Position numbers and translations under genes: made by a program. From Octopus sinensis (lineage: Eukaryota): DNA of 64,000 bases. The notes under the pieces are model-generated. The model searched no databases, was not told the DNA's origin, and saw nothing but the letters and a program-made list of their open reading frames with translations. Shown here in pieces: positions 12,201-24,626 of the stretch (its first letter is position 1; the number at the start of each line of letters is the position of its first letter). The stretch lies in NCBI RefSeq assembly GCF_006345805.1, contig NC_043001.1, positions 10,478,001 through 10,542,000 of the forward strand, in the 5' to 3' direction.

Positions 12201-14405
12201 GAGGGAGACACAAGATGAGAAATGGTGAGGAGGGGGGGGCAAGATAACAAAGGATCAAATGGAATGGTATGATACCATGTGACACCCGTTTCCACCTCAT
12301 GCCATACACAGACAGAAAAACATTGTTAAAGCTTCAAGAATATTCTCTCAAATTTAAATGCTGCTTCTAGAAATGGATCCGTGTAGTACCATTTCAGTTC
12401 TAATCTACTTTTGACTCAGATTGGAAATTTAAGAACACCCTTTTGCAACAGTCTTTCCTATTTGAGAGATAAGCAAGAACATCCACATTATTTTTCATTA
12501 TTCCTAAAGGAACTTGATCTTGAACAGATTAATAGGCGCTAAGGGATCAAAAGGAGTAACACTTTCTCCTAATCTTATCATGTTGTTCACTCAATGCTGC
12601 TCTTGCGCACAGGCAAATTATAGCAATTCCAAAAATACTGAAACACAGATGACTAACAGAAATAATTGTAACCACTCAGTGCTCTTAGGTTTCAGAAAGC
12701 AATAAAAGATATTTAACAGTACAAAGTATAGAAGACTCCATCTCTCTCGTATTGTTTCACGAAAATTTGTTATATTAAAAACCTGTTTATTTCCATCAGT
12801 ATAATAGTATATATGTTTTTCTTTTCTTTCTGAAAAATTAGCTTATATTAATGGATATAAATATTTGAATTGTCTGCATAAAGTATACAATTAGAAAATT
12901 TTATGTCATTATATTAATTTTACAGTACATTATTGACACAGTAAAAGTTGATTAAAATGCTAGATATTGCAGTCAATAGCAACTTCTTTCATTTCAAGTA
13001 TTAGACATAAACAGCTGGTGGAAAGAACTTTTCATAAATTATTGTCATTAGAGTAATGAATTAGAAAAAGAAATTGAAGATATTACTGTTTGTTTTATGA
13101 AATTAGGTTGTGTATGCATTGGAAAATCACTCCCCGCCTCTCTTGGTTCAACTTCTGTTTTAAATATTAGTGACCCATTTTCAATTTTAATTTCATTTCG
13201 CATATTTTAACCAATATTTTCCTAGTTTTTGATTTTCATTCTCTAATTAATAACAGCAATAAACTTCTTTTAAAACAAATTAGCATTGCCAAATTAGCAA
13301 ATAATCTTTATTCTATCTATTTATTTATCTATCCACTTATCCAAACAAACACAGGCTCTTGGAAATACTGGTCTTTGTATGTGTTTATAAACCATTCCAC
13401 TTAAAACCTTCTGTTGGTGATAAATAAAGTGGGAAATAGGGCACCCCCATTGCAGATCAATAGTTCGTTGATGGTGTTTTACTTGTGATGGTTATCCAGT
13501 GATAGTTTTCTTGTATTTCGGATTCATTAATCAAAGTATCCTCTCAACGAATTGAAACTTCGTGTTTTCTCTTCTATTGTCATGTTTGCATGACATGGCA
13601 TCAGAAAAACCCGCATTTCTAAATTTCCTTCTATTATTTCTGTGTTTAATAGTATCATTGTTTAATTTGATCTTTAATGCGTTCATTAATAGCATCATTG
13701 TTTAGGTATATTTGTAAATGTGAATATCTTATGAAAGTATATTAAACGTCTCCTTCACTTCAAAACATAGTTTGAATGCAGGAAATCCATGTAAAGAATT
13801 TCTAATAATTAAGACAAAAACAAATCCCAGAAATAGATTTCATTTACTTCCTAAATATTTCTAAACTATTCAAACTCATTTTCAAAGGTTGTTTGTCATT
13901 GTATTATGAACATATTAGAATCAAGCTCAAAATCTTGATTGAATATATATATATTTCCATAGAGATATTTTGACTTCTGTATTTGTCTGGATATTATGTG
14001 TGCTATCAACAATAAATCTATTTGTAAGTTGTAATTTACCACAACTAGAATTCTGTTACTATAGTGGGGTGGTCATAGTTAGAAACACTAACCGAATGTT
14101 TTCTCTCTCATCAGTTAACTCTGGGTCAAGCAAAGTTAGAAATGATTAGTCAATAAAACCATCAAAACCCTGAGATTTTAAAGATAATGAAATGTGTATT
14201 GTGAAGTATATTTGCCATCTAAATATGGCTAACCACTAAAGGTGGATGTTACTGTAGCTTGTAGCCCCAGGAGAACATCTTCTCCAGCTGGCTATTGACA
14301 CACTTTCTGTGCCCTATCGATATTTGCAAAGGGAAGCCATCTTTCCCATCGTCGACCTACATGCTATTATTGAAATGTGTATTAAAAAGATTAAAAAAAA
14401 AAATA

Positions 14406-14820
14406 GGCGCAGGAGTGGCTGTGTGGTAAGTAGCTTGCTAAACAACCACATGGTTCCGGGTTCAGTCCCACTGCGTGGCATCTTGGGCAAGTGTCTTCTG
14501 CTATAGCCCCGGGCTGACCAATGCCATGTGAGTGGATTTGGTAGACGGAAACTGAAAGAAGCCTGTCGTATATATGTATATATATATATATAAGTGTATG
14601 TGTATATGTTTGTGTGTCTGTGTTTGTCCCCCTAGCATTGCTTGACAACCGATGCTGGTGTGTTTACGTCCCCGTCACTTAGCGGTTCGGCAAAAGAGAC
14701 CGATAGAATAAGTACTGGGCTTACAAAGAATAAATCCCGGGGTCGAGTTGCTCGACTAAAGGCGGTGCTCCAGCATGGCCGCAGTCAAATGACTGAAACA
14801 AGTAAAAGAGTAACAGAGTA
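14406..14820 (+). mobile_element. SINE type 2 (tRNA-like head, CORE-like ccttgggcaagtgtctt block, internal (TA)n(TG)n)
   Basis: ggcgcaggagtggctgtgtggtaagtagc head and gaaacaagtaaaagag tail. At least 7 near full-length copies in the window. Confidence 0.9.
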
Positions 14821-16609
14821 AAAAAAGAGCCTAATTAGTATTGGTGCCATTTTAATGTGCATCCAGAACTCTCTGTAAAAGGCTTGGCACTAACAAAGAA
14901 ATCCAACTTTGGAAACCATGGCAAAACTTTTTACATACAAGTAATCTCTAACTTCTCAATGTCTTAATTCAAGATAACATCCACTATCAAGATTGGTATT
15001 AACTTTGAACAGGAACATACTATATCCATAACAACATGTTCCATCCATTCCAGCATAAGTAAACAGGTGTAAAACGATGACAGTGGTGTGATGATGTAGT
15101 CTACACGTTGTCATCCTCATCATTTTAATACCCACTCTTTTATGCTTGTGTCTAGATCAGATGGAATTTGTTGAGGTAGATTTTCAGTGGCTGGATGCCT
15201 TTTCTCTCACTAACTCCCAGTTTTCTCCAAGAATAGTTCTATTTCTTCATGGCCCAACATGTTTTCACCAAAAAATAATCAGAAACAAAGAACACTGCTT
15301 TGCATGATGATAGCTTGTTTGGCATGACATCCATACAAGAACATACACATTTGACAAGCACTTTTCAGGCTACCAAATCTACCCAAACGGCTTTTGTCAG
15401 CTTGGATCTGTAGTAGCAGACACTTAGTAGCAGACAAAAATTCCATGCAGTAGGATTTGACCCAAAACTACATGATTGAGAAACAAACTTATTAACCAGG
15501 CAGCCATGTAATGTATAAAATCTTCAAGCTTTAAGAAAGAGAGGTTGATACTAATCTAAGAAGTTTTCTTTCTTCTCTTGTTTTATTTTACAATGGAGTT
15601 TAACCAAGTTTAAATTTATTATTGTTTCACATTCAACTCCGCTATTTATTCATTCTTATATTGTCATTAAATAGTCCAATACATTTAATAGTTCCTGTTA
15701 TTGAATAATTTGCTAACATTTATTAGTAATTAGTTGGCATATTGTTCTTGTTAGCTTTGGTTTATTATACTATATGGTTTCACTGAAAATAGTTTGTTGG
15801 AAATTTCTCTATACAGAAGGACAAACAGCTCTGAGAAAATGTTAACTCTTCATAAAATCTACTTTCACTTTCTGGTTGGACTTTTTTTCTCAATTGTTAA
15901 CTAATGGTCATATAAAAAGCATGAAATATCGTCCTCTAAATTTACTCTAAAATTTCGCACTTCCAGTTACATCATAGGACAGATAGGTCATGTCAGTTCA
16001 ATGTATCCTTTTATACTATAAAAAATTCTTCAGAAATGCCTTAACAACTTTGTTAATTTCAGAATTGTGTGTGTGTGTGTGTTTATACACAATACTCACA
16101 TCTATTCAGTATAGTTTCTGAGCCAACTTTTTAGGAATTATGTCTGAGTTGCCAAATCAATGAATGGTTGTCTCTCAACATCTATATTCTTTCATGCTTC
16201 ACTAAGGAGGACTAATAAGACCAAAATATGTCAGAGATTGTTGGTATAATTGCCAGAGATTTGACCCACTTAATGCTTCCATTCAATTTTGTATAATTTA
16301 GATTTCAGAATTGTTTCACTTGCCTTTTTTGACAATAATGTATCGTTAAAACAACTGATTTTTATTCTAGATTATGGGTATAATTTGGGCCAAAGAAGCA
16401 TTGCTTTGGTCACCTATTTTAAGTATGTTTGGCTTAACTAAAAATTAAAATGAAATTCTTTTTATCCGAGTCTTCACATTTACTTACTGTTTATTGTGGA
16501 TAACTTTTTTTTTACTGTTTTCTTCATAATATCATCTTTATTGTAGGCTGTGGGTTTTATTTCTTTTTTTAATGGGGTGCCTTTGTCATTTTAAATTAAT
16601 CATCATATG

Positions 16610-16800
16610 ATGGAGATGTACTTGCATAGCAAGTGACCTGATCTGAGATCGTGCACTGGAACAAAAACAATTGCAGCATGGAAAGTGTTTATAAGCCATT
16701 TAAGAAACCGTTAGATTCACTTCAACATTTAAATTTAATTTGCCAAAATATTTTCGTCGCTTTGAGACCACGACCTGTTCACTGACAAAATCCCATGCTG
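16610..16800 (-). mobile_element. Probable Penelope-type terminal repeat fragment
   Basis: The reverse strand has gtcg-(11 nt)-cgac followed by gaaa-atattt, a hammerhead-like layout with a variant core. Confidence 0.4.
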
Positions 16801-17562
16801 CATCACCCTAATTCTATGATGTCTCTTTGGAATGCGTTTGGAATCATTGTTTCCAAGTGATGCTACCTTCCCTCAAGCAATATCTTGTTTTCATATGCAT
16901 TCAGGCAGCTTTTGTTTACTATAAAGGTGTTGATTTATGTATTCCTTTCGGAAAACACAGCTGGTTCTGCCTTTGATTAACTTAATTTTTGTTGACTTTC
17001 TCTTTAAGATAATTCTCCAGTTTTGGACAAACTGATATTTATTCTATATTGCTGCTCTCGTTTAGATGCTTCTGAGATAATTTATTGCTAAAGTAATAAC
17101 TTATCAAAGTGTAACTTTTCCTCACTTGCTGTTTTTGATTATTTAACTATATTCTTTGACTGCCTGGGGCATCATGCTTTTACATATATACTTATATCAG
17201 AATTTTTTCCATTAGATTTCTCAGAAATACAGACATCAAAAAATATTCCTTGCTGTCTTTCTCATGTGTTATATTGGGAATTGCCTGAAAAGTAAGCTTG
17301 TTGGAAGACAGTATAGAAAAGAACCATCTCTCATTGTGAACATCAGCCTAAGTTGAGCCAGTGTAGGAACTTCAAAGCCTCCTTCTCAACACCTTGCCAT
17401 TTTAAATAAAATAAAAAGAGGGAGAGAGTTACATAGGACAATTTAATTCCTGATGTAAAAAAAAACAAAAAAACGGGTGGCCATAAGCCAAGGCTGATGT
17501 AGATCTAAACATCATCTGATTTCCACAGCGTAGTTTAGTAAATCTGTGTTGCCATAGTAATT

Positions 17563-17885
17563 AATAATAATAATAATAATGAAATTATTGTATACAGTGC
17601 TCAGGTGCACCACAACTTGTCAGAAAGTGCGTATAAAGCATATGCAGTAATGTACAAATGTCTGGAAAGTGAACAATGTATGAGTCAGATACATGCTTGC
17701 GTGTGTATGGAGGAGAGAAAATCAGGTGTAGTGTTGGTGAATCTCAGGAAGCATGGAAATTTTGAAGGATGCAGTGCTCCAACAACTAAAAACTGATGCC
17801 GGCAGTTTGTTCCATACTTTAGCAACTCTTAGCATGAAAAAATGTTTCCAAAAGTCATGGGAGCTGTGCTGTTTTCTAACTTTAA
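17563..17885 (-). mobile_element. CR1/L2-group LINE 3' end
   Basis: The reverse strand reads HFFMLRVAKVWNKLPASVFSCWSTASFK (FF--RV---WN-LP motif), ending in a trinucleotide tail ((AAT)n on the + strand). Confidence 0.82.
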
Positions 17886-18235
17886 TAATAGTATACTAAT
17901 TTATTGGCCTTCATATTTGAAAAAAACATTCATTTGGACTTTTAATGAATCAGTTTTTGTGCAGTATTGGAGAAACTTGCTTAACAATATCTCAACTATC
18001 ACTGTTAACATTGCCACATCAGCTTTGTGATCGTTATGAAGTAATTAATTCACAAAGATGAAAATTTAGAAATAACAATAAATACTTTAACAAAAACTAA
18101 ATAACAATACGCAACAAAAGATTGGATATTGAACTAATTGAAACTTTAGACCTTGTTTTCACATCTACCTACTCCTGATTCCAGAATCCCTCAGAGACCA
18201 GCAGTTACAGGGGTTCAATATAATACTGGACAAAT

Positions 18236-18890
18236 GTGCTAAATAATGGACACTTTATACCTATACAGCAAGTTCAACAAAATGTCTAACTGCATTTCGT
18301 CTGTCTCTACACTTTGAGTTCAAATTCTGCTCAAGGCAGCTTTGCCTTTCATCCTTTCAGGGTGCCTGTTAAGTACTGGGGTTGATGTAATCAACTGGAC
18401 CCTCCCCTATCAAGTTTCAGGCCTTGTATTTATGGTAGAAATTATGATTATTATTGCTGCTGTTGTTGTTGCTCTATTAAGGTGTCAAGCTGACAGAATC
18501 ATTAGCATGTTTGTGGCATTTTATCTGTCTTTATAATCTGAGGTCAACTTTGCCTTTCATCCCTTTCAGGGTCAGTATAATCGACTCATCCACTCCTTCA
18601 AAATTTCAGGCCTTGTGCCTATATTAGAAAGAATTACCATTATTCTCATTATTATTATTGATACTAAGGTGGTGAGCTGGCAGAAACTTTGGCATACTGG
18701 GCAAAAAGCTGAGAGGCATTTTGTCTTTCAGCACATTCTGAGTTCAAATTCCACCAAGGTCGACTTTGCCTTTCATCTATTCAGAGTTGATAAATTAAGT
18801 ACCAGTTGCACTCTGGGGCTGATGTAATCAACTCGAACCCTCCCTCAAAATTTCTGGCCTTGTGCCAAAATTTGAAACCATTATTATTGA
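18236..18890 (+). mobile_element. Three tandem decayed SINE type 3a copies with (ATT)n tails
   Basis: Three successive gagttcaaatt...ctttgcctttcatcc...gatgtaatcaact...tttcaggccttgtg...attatt units. Confidence 0.85.
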
Positions 18891-18918
18891 TACTTCTACT
18901 ACTACTATTATTATTATT

Positions 18919-19406
18919 CAGTAGTTTTACTTTTATAGCGTGCTTTCACTTCACTACCGAGTGCAGCTCTGTGTGCCTTGGGTATCTGCTGTGGTTTGCT
19001 GTGATGCTCTGATGGTTACTGTATTGAAAGTGTTTTGCGTAGGATGTGTGCAGTGCCTAGTAATGCAATATTCTGTATGTTATATATATTTGTAAGTCCT
19101 GGTGTTTTTGTTATGTATTTGCCTGAATATTTTTTTATCATACCTAATGCACCTACTATGATAGGAATTGTTTCTGCTTTTAGATTCCACATTCTAGTTA
19201 CCTCTATTTCCAGGTCTTTGTATTTTGAGAGTTTCTCCATTTCTTTTAGAGACACGTTGTCATCTGCTGGTATTGATACATCAATTAGAAAGCATTTTTT
19301 TTCTTCATGATCTCTGACAACTATATCTGGTCTGTTGGCCTTAATTTCTCTAACTGTGTGTATTGGCATATCCCAGAGTATGTTTGCTTTCTCATTTTCT
19401 GTGACC

Positions 19407-19407
<1 letters not shown>
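18919..19407 (-). mobile_element. 5'-truncated RLE-type non-LTR retrotransposon (R4/Dong-like): restriction-like endonuclease domain plus 3' UTR
   Basis: Uninterrupted ILWDMPIHTVREIKANRPDIVVRDHEEKKCFLIDVSIP...KEMEKLSKYKDLEIEVTRMW (PD-D/E-K type RLE), ending LRKTLSIQ*. Flanked on both sides by (AAT)n/(ATT)n. Confidence 0.9.

Positions 19408-19459
<52 letters not shown>
19407..19459. repeat. (ATT)n microsatellite, about 17 units, directly upstream of the exon C polypyrimidine tract
   Basis: Seen directly in the sequence. Confidence 0.97.
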
Positions 19460-19482
19460 GTTATTTTCTTTTTCTCCAACAG

Positions 19483-19663
19483 GGAAGTGCTGAACTGAAA
19501 AATTCTGATAAATACAACATAAAAGGCACAAAAGATGGGGATGTTTACTACACAAGTTTACTTGAGATTTCCAATGTTACGAAAGAGGACTATGGCAAAT
19601 ATCTGTGTAAGGCTAAAAATGTTGAAGGATCTGCAGAATCAGAGATATTATTGGATGGTACAA
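19483..19663 (+). CDS. NPHS1: Nephrin-like exon C: C-terminal half of the last Ig domain
   Basis: Acceptor ttttctccaacag| and donor a|gtgagt. Reads GSAELKNSDKYNIKGTKDGDVYYTSLLEISNVTKEDYGKYLCKAKNVEGSAESEILLDGT (L-I-NV---DYG-Y-C motif). 181 nt, phase 0 to 1. Not in the ORF track. Confidence 0.95.
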
Positions 19664-20401
19664 GTGAGTTATACTGCCTGCTTTTGCCACTGTTGATGTG
19701 TGTTGCCGCTCCTTGCAAAAATAACGGACCAAGTTGGCTTTTTGCACCTTTATTACATTTCATCTTGTTAGTAGTGAAACAAATTAACTGTAGTAAATTT
19801 TATTTCTATTAGAAGTAGCACCATTTAGTGATGGTTGTTGTTGTTATTTATTGTTTAAATTTTAAAAGATTTCTTTTGTTAATTAAATCAAAATTTAATA
19901 ACCACTTGTGTGATTTTGTTTCTAATTTTTTTTTCCGTTCCTTTTTTCTCTCTCACTTCCCATACTAACATTGCACATAAGTGTATTCCATATTTTGCAA
20001 ATTTAACCATCGAGGTTCTTCAATATAATCAATATAAATATACATTAATTTAAGGTGGCTAGATGCCACCAAAACTGCATCTACCGAACAGTAATATTAA
20101 TATTTATAGCCAATTGCCTTATCTAAAATAACATTACTGTATTGATATTATATGATAATCTGCTAAAAATGTTGTTGCTGCTAGCCAAGATTTTAATCAA
20201 TAATTCAGTACAGTCTTTCTATTAGAGAATAATTGATTTCTCTCTCAACTTTTTCTGTTCATTTATTAAAAAAAAAAAAAAAAATTAAAGTACATTTTTA
20301 ACTGATATGATTTCATTTTGTTAATATATTAAATAGCAGTAAAATAATCTCATTATATTACAACATTTTCAAATTGTGTGTTTCTTTCTATTAACTCCTA
20401 G

Positions 20402-20587
20402 GTAAACCTGATCCACCATACAACATAAAGTTTGTCAATGCCACACACAATAGTCTCACTCTCACTTGGCAGCCAGGTTTCAATGGAGGCATGACACAAT
20501 CCTTTCGGGTTCGTTATCGACCAAAAGGAACAACGAACTACAAATATGTTGATGTTGGCCCTGGATCAAATGTCTATTTGCTTACTG
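20402..20587 (+). CDS. NPHS1: Nephrin-like exon D: fibronectin type III domain, N-terminal part
   Basis: Acceptor ttaactcctag| and donor g|gtaagt. Reads (S)KPDPPYNIKFVNATHNSLTLTWQPGFNGGMTQSFRVRYRPKGTTNYKYVDVGPGSNVYLLT; the P--P, W-PGF-GG--Q-F---Y pattern is typical of the nephrin FN3. 186 nt, phase 1 to 1. Confidence 0.95.
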
Positions 20588-20641
20588 GTAAGTTGAAATT
20601 TTACAATATCAAGACGTCTATTTCATTATTTGTTCTGTGAA

Positions 20642-20837
20642 CAATGCGGTGACCTGGTGGAAATGGTTAGTGGCATTTCACCTGTCTTTAGGTTCTGAGT
20701 TCAAATTCCACCGAGGTCAGCTTTGCTTTTTGTCCTTTCAGGGTTGATAAATTAAGTACCAGTTGCTTACTGGGGTCGATGTAATCAACTGGCATCCTCC
20801 CTCAAAAACTTCAGGCCTTGTGCCTAGAATAGAAAAG
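20642..20837 (+). mobile_element. SINE type 3a with 17-bp TSD
   Basis: attatttgttctgtgaa at 20625-20641 and 20838-20854. Confidence 0.9.
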
Positions 20838-20972
20838 ATTATTTGTTCTGTGAATCAAAATTCTTTATATTCAATGTAATTAAAGAAATTAAAGATATTT
20901 TTCAAAGAGCTACAAAACTTATATTCTTTAAATCTGTTCGGAAATCATGTGACTGTGAGGTACTTAGTTGCT

Positions 20973-21304
20973 GAGATCCCCTTTAGTCATGACTGACATG
21001 CGAATGCACCTAGAAAGTTACCCTCCCAGGCACAAGTCCGGGCAAGGTTGTTTATGGAAGGCCAAGAGTCGCCCATGCATACTGGCCTCCCGTCTCCATG
21101 CCACCAATGTTATCCAAGGGAAAGGCAAAGGGGCCGATACAGCTTGGCACCTGTGATATCGCAACTCATTTCTACAGCTGGGTGAACTGGAGAAACGTAG
21201 GATAAAGTGTCTTGCTCAAGAACACAACACACAGCCCAGTCCGGGAATCGAACTCACAACCTCACGATTGTAAGCTCGATGCTCTAACCACTTAGCCATG
21301 CGCC
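20973..21304 (-). mobile_element. tRNA-headed SINE, type 1
   Basis: Same body as 271-598, with the head at the right end. Confidence 0.9.
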
Positions 21305-21581
21305 TTCTCTGACACTCATTACACTCTGTAGATTGGTAGTGCCAGTGGGCATCAGAAGAAATGTACCCAGTACACTCTATTAATTGATTGGTGTTAAGAA
21401 AGGAACCCAGGCATAGAAACTACACCAAAGATGACATTGATACTGAAAGCAGCCCAGCAGATCCCCAGTTCCCTGTCAAAACTGTCCTACCCATGCCAGC
21501 AGGGAAAGCAGACATTAAAAGATGATGATGATATATTCAGCCTTATTCCTTAGATTAGTGTTAAGATGGGCATCCTGCTAT

Positions 21582-22129
<548 letters not shown>

Positions 22130-22939
22130 AATGAAATGCAAGCAATACGAGGTTCCGCTGACCCATCTCGGTGAGCAATCTCATCCAACTGATAAGTACA
22201 TAAACAAGGGATGTAAAATGATGATGATGGTGATGATGATAATTTCAGCCTTAAAATTCCCAAAGATTTATAATAGTTACTGATATTTAATGATATACAA
22301 AGTTTGCTGTGTGGGTAATTAACATAGTTGTTAATGAGCTAATGTTTGTTCCATCTTCATTTCAGTTCAGTGTTTTGCAATTTAATACAATCTGGATGCT
22401 GCATATTAACATATGTATCTCTAGATAATAAATAGATTAGTATATAAACTTATAAATTGAATATTATCTTGATAACGGAAACATTTAAAGCTTATTGGCT
22501 AGACAGACGAGAATAAATCAGATGTATAGATTTTGTTATATAAGATTTATTTCTTTTAAAAATTTGTCTGTGGCAAAAACAAAAACAAAAGAAGAGTAAT
22601 AAATTCAAGTTATTGTTATGCTATTCTGTTACCTTTTGGCTTGTTCTCTTAGAGACTTGCTTGTTCTTCATTTGTTAAGATATTCTTTTGCTACTTAGTT
22701 CATCCAACTGTAATGATTTTCCTGTTATACTTCTGAAATTAAGTGACATTTATTCTGTATGCATTGTCATCATCATCATCATCATCAAATGTCAACTTCT
22801 CTATGAAAGACTGGAAGTGAACTACACTGCTTGAATGACAGGGATGTTTGTTTACAACCATCCTCTTAATGTCAAGAGAAGTGGATACACAAATATACAT
22901 ATATACACACATAGGCATGGCAGGCTTCTTTTATAGTTT

Positions 22940-23356
22940 CTTATTTCTCTATTGTCCACAAGGGGCTAAACATAGAGGGGACAAACAAGGACAGACAAAG
23001 GGATTAAGTCGATTACATCGACCCCAGTGCATAACTGGTTCTTAATTTTCGACCCCCAAAAGGATGAAAGTCAGTTGACCTCAGCGGAATTTGAACTCAG
23101 AACATAGCGGCAGACAAAATACCTATTTCTTTATTACCCACAAGGGGCTAAACACAAAGGAGACAAACAGAGACAGACAGATAGGTTAAGTCGATTATAT
23201 CGACCCCAGTGCGTAACTGGTACTTAATTTGTCGACCCCCAAAAGGATGAAAGGCAAAGTCTACCTCGGCGGAATTTGAACTCAGGACATAATGGCAGAT
23301 GAAATACGGCTACACATTTCGCCTGCCGTGTTAACGATTCTGCCAGGTTACCGCCT
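22940..23356 (-). mobile_element. SINE type 3b dimer (one head, two body units), inserted in a type-2 SINE remnant
   Basis: Units 22940-23121 and 23122-23356 join at gacaaaata|cctatttc. Both flanks are type-2 sequence (agaaact...aagaag on the minus strand). Confidence 0.88.
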
Positions 23357-24527
23357 TCTTTAGTTTCTGTCTACCAAATACACTCACAAGGCTTTTTTTT
23401 TTTTTTTTGCTCATGGCTACAGTAGAAGACACTTGCCTAAGGTGTCATATAGTTGGTTTGAAATCAAGATCACATGATTTGGAAACAAGCTTCTTAACCA
23501 CACCAGCACATAGTTATTCACACACACATACACACATTCTTACTTCTGTTCTGTTTAACTTTCTTAACTTTCATATTTATGGATTTCTTTTCCCCCACAT
23601 CACCCCACCCCACCCCACCCCTAGAAGCCTAAGTGACAAACCAAAGTGATGATGGCTTTATTATACTAGAAAGTTGATCAATACTTGCCAAAGCCTAACC
23701 GGTATCCTGAGCCATCATTAACTTCTAAAGATAGTCACAACTAAAAGGCTCCAAAATATCATAAACAATAATGAAAGCATTTGGATGCATTCCATCAAAA
23801 GTGTTTAACATTATAATCTATTTGAAATTGGGATGGTTATCACTTCTTGACACCTTCAGGTAGTGTAAACCATACAAATTATAATTGCCATATTTTATTA
23901 TCAGATCTAAATACACAATTAAACTACTATTTGTGTTAATTGTTATAGTTTTCATTATTAATAGCTATGTCATATTAGTATTCAATGAAAATTGTCAGTG
24001 TCCCCCAATGTAATTGAATTCTTGCCACATTATATTAGATATCGGCCAGAACATAAATTTCTAAGAAATAATCTAAGGTATTCAGTTTATTTCAAGATGA
24101 TTAGAGTTACTTCCCTTATTCAACTGTAATAAAATAATAAACCTTGGAGAACCTGATTAAGCTTTGGTGTTTTAAATTATAGATGTCACCAATTTGTTTC
24201 AGAACAGATTCTCTCATAAGTAGCTGCAGGTATCCATAATGTTACAAAGAAGCACACACAAAAATTTATCAACCTGTATGATGCTGATTATGTATGTTGG
24301 CAATTTTCAAACATAGTCTGTGAAATTTAATAATTACATTGTTATCACTGTACAAAAGTAATTTTGAAACTAAAAAAAATTCTTGATTCTTTTTTAGTTA
24401 CTTTGTTTCCTTATCGAAATATTCTTTTTATTTCTTGTTCAGAATTTGTCAAAGTGAACTATTTTCTAAAAATTTTTTTTCTTTTCCAATAAATTTATTC
24501 TATGAACTTTCTAAATATTTTTAATAG

Positions 24528-24626
24528 GTCTAGAAAGAGGGCAAGAATATGAAATAACTATGCTTGCATTCAATAAACTCGGAGAAAGCCAATACCAAAG
24601 GAAAGAATTCATAGCAAAAACTTCTC
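24528..24626 (+). CDS. NPHS1: Nephrin-like exon E: FN3 C-terminal strands
   Basis: Acceptor tttttaatag| and donor c|gtaagt. Reads (G)LERGQEYEITMLAFNKLGESQYQRKEFIAKTS, matching the FN3 pattern GL-----Y-----A-N--G-S. 99 nt, phase 1 to 1. Confidence 0.92.

Noticed and set aside
19016-19555. 179-aa minus-strand ORF as a nested antisense gene with a poly-Asn tract
   Set aside because: It is a chance fusion of antisense exon C, the (AAT)n repeat and a truncated retrotransposon endonuclease domain.
23592-23621. (CCCCA)n tract able to form a G-quadruplex on the template strand
   Set aside because: It is a short simple repeat with no contextual evidence of function.
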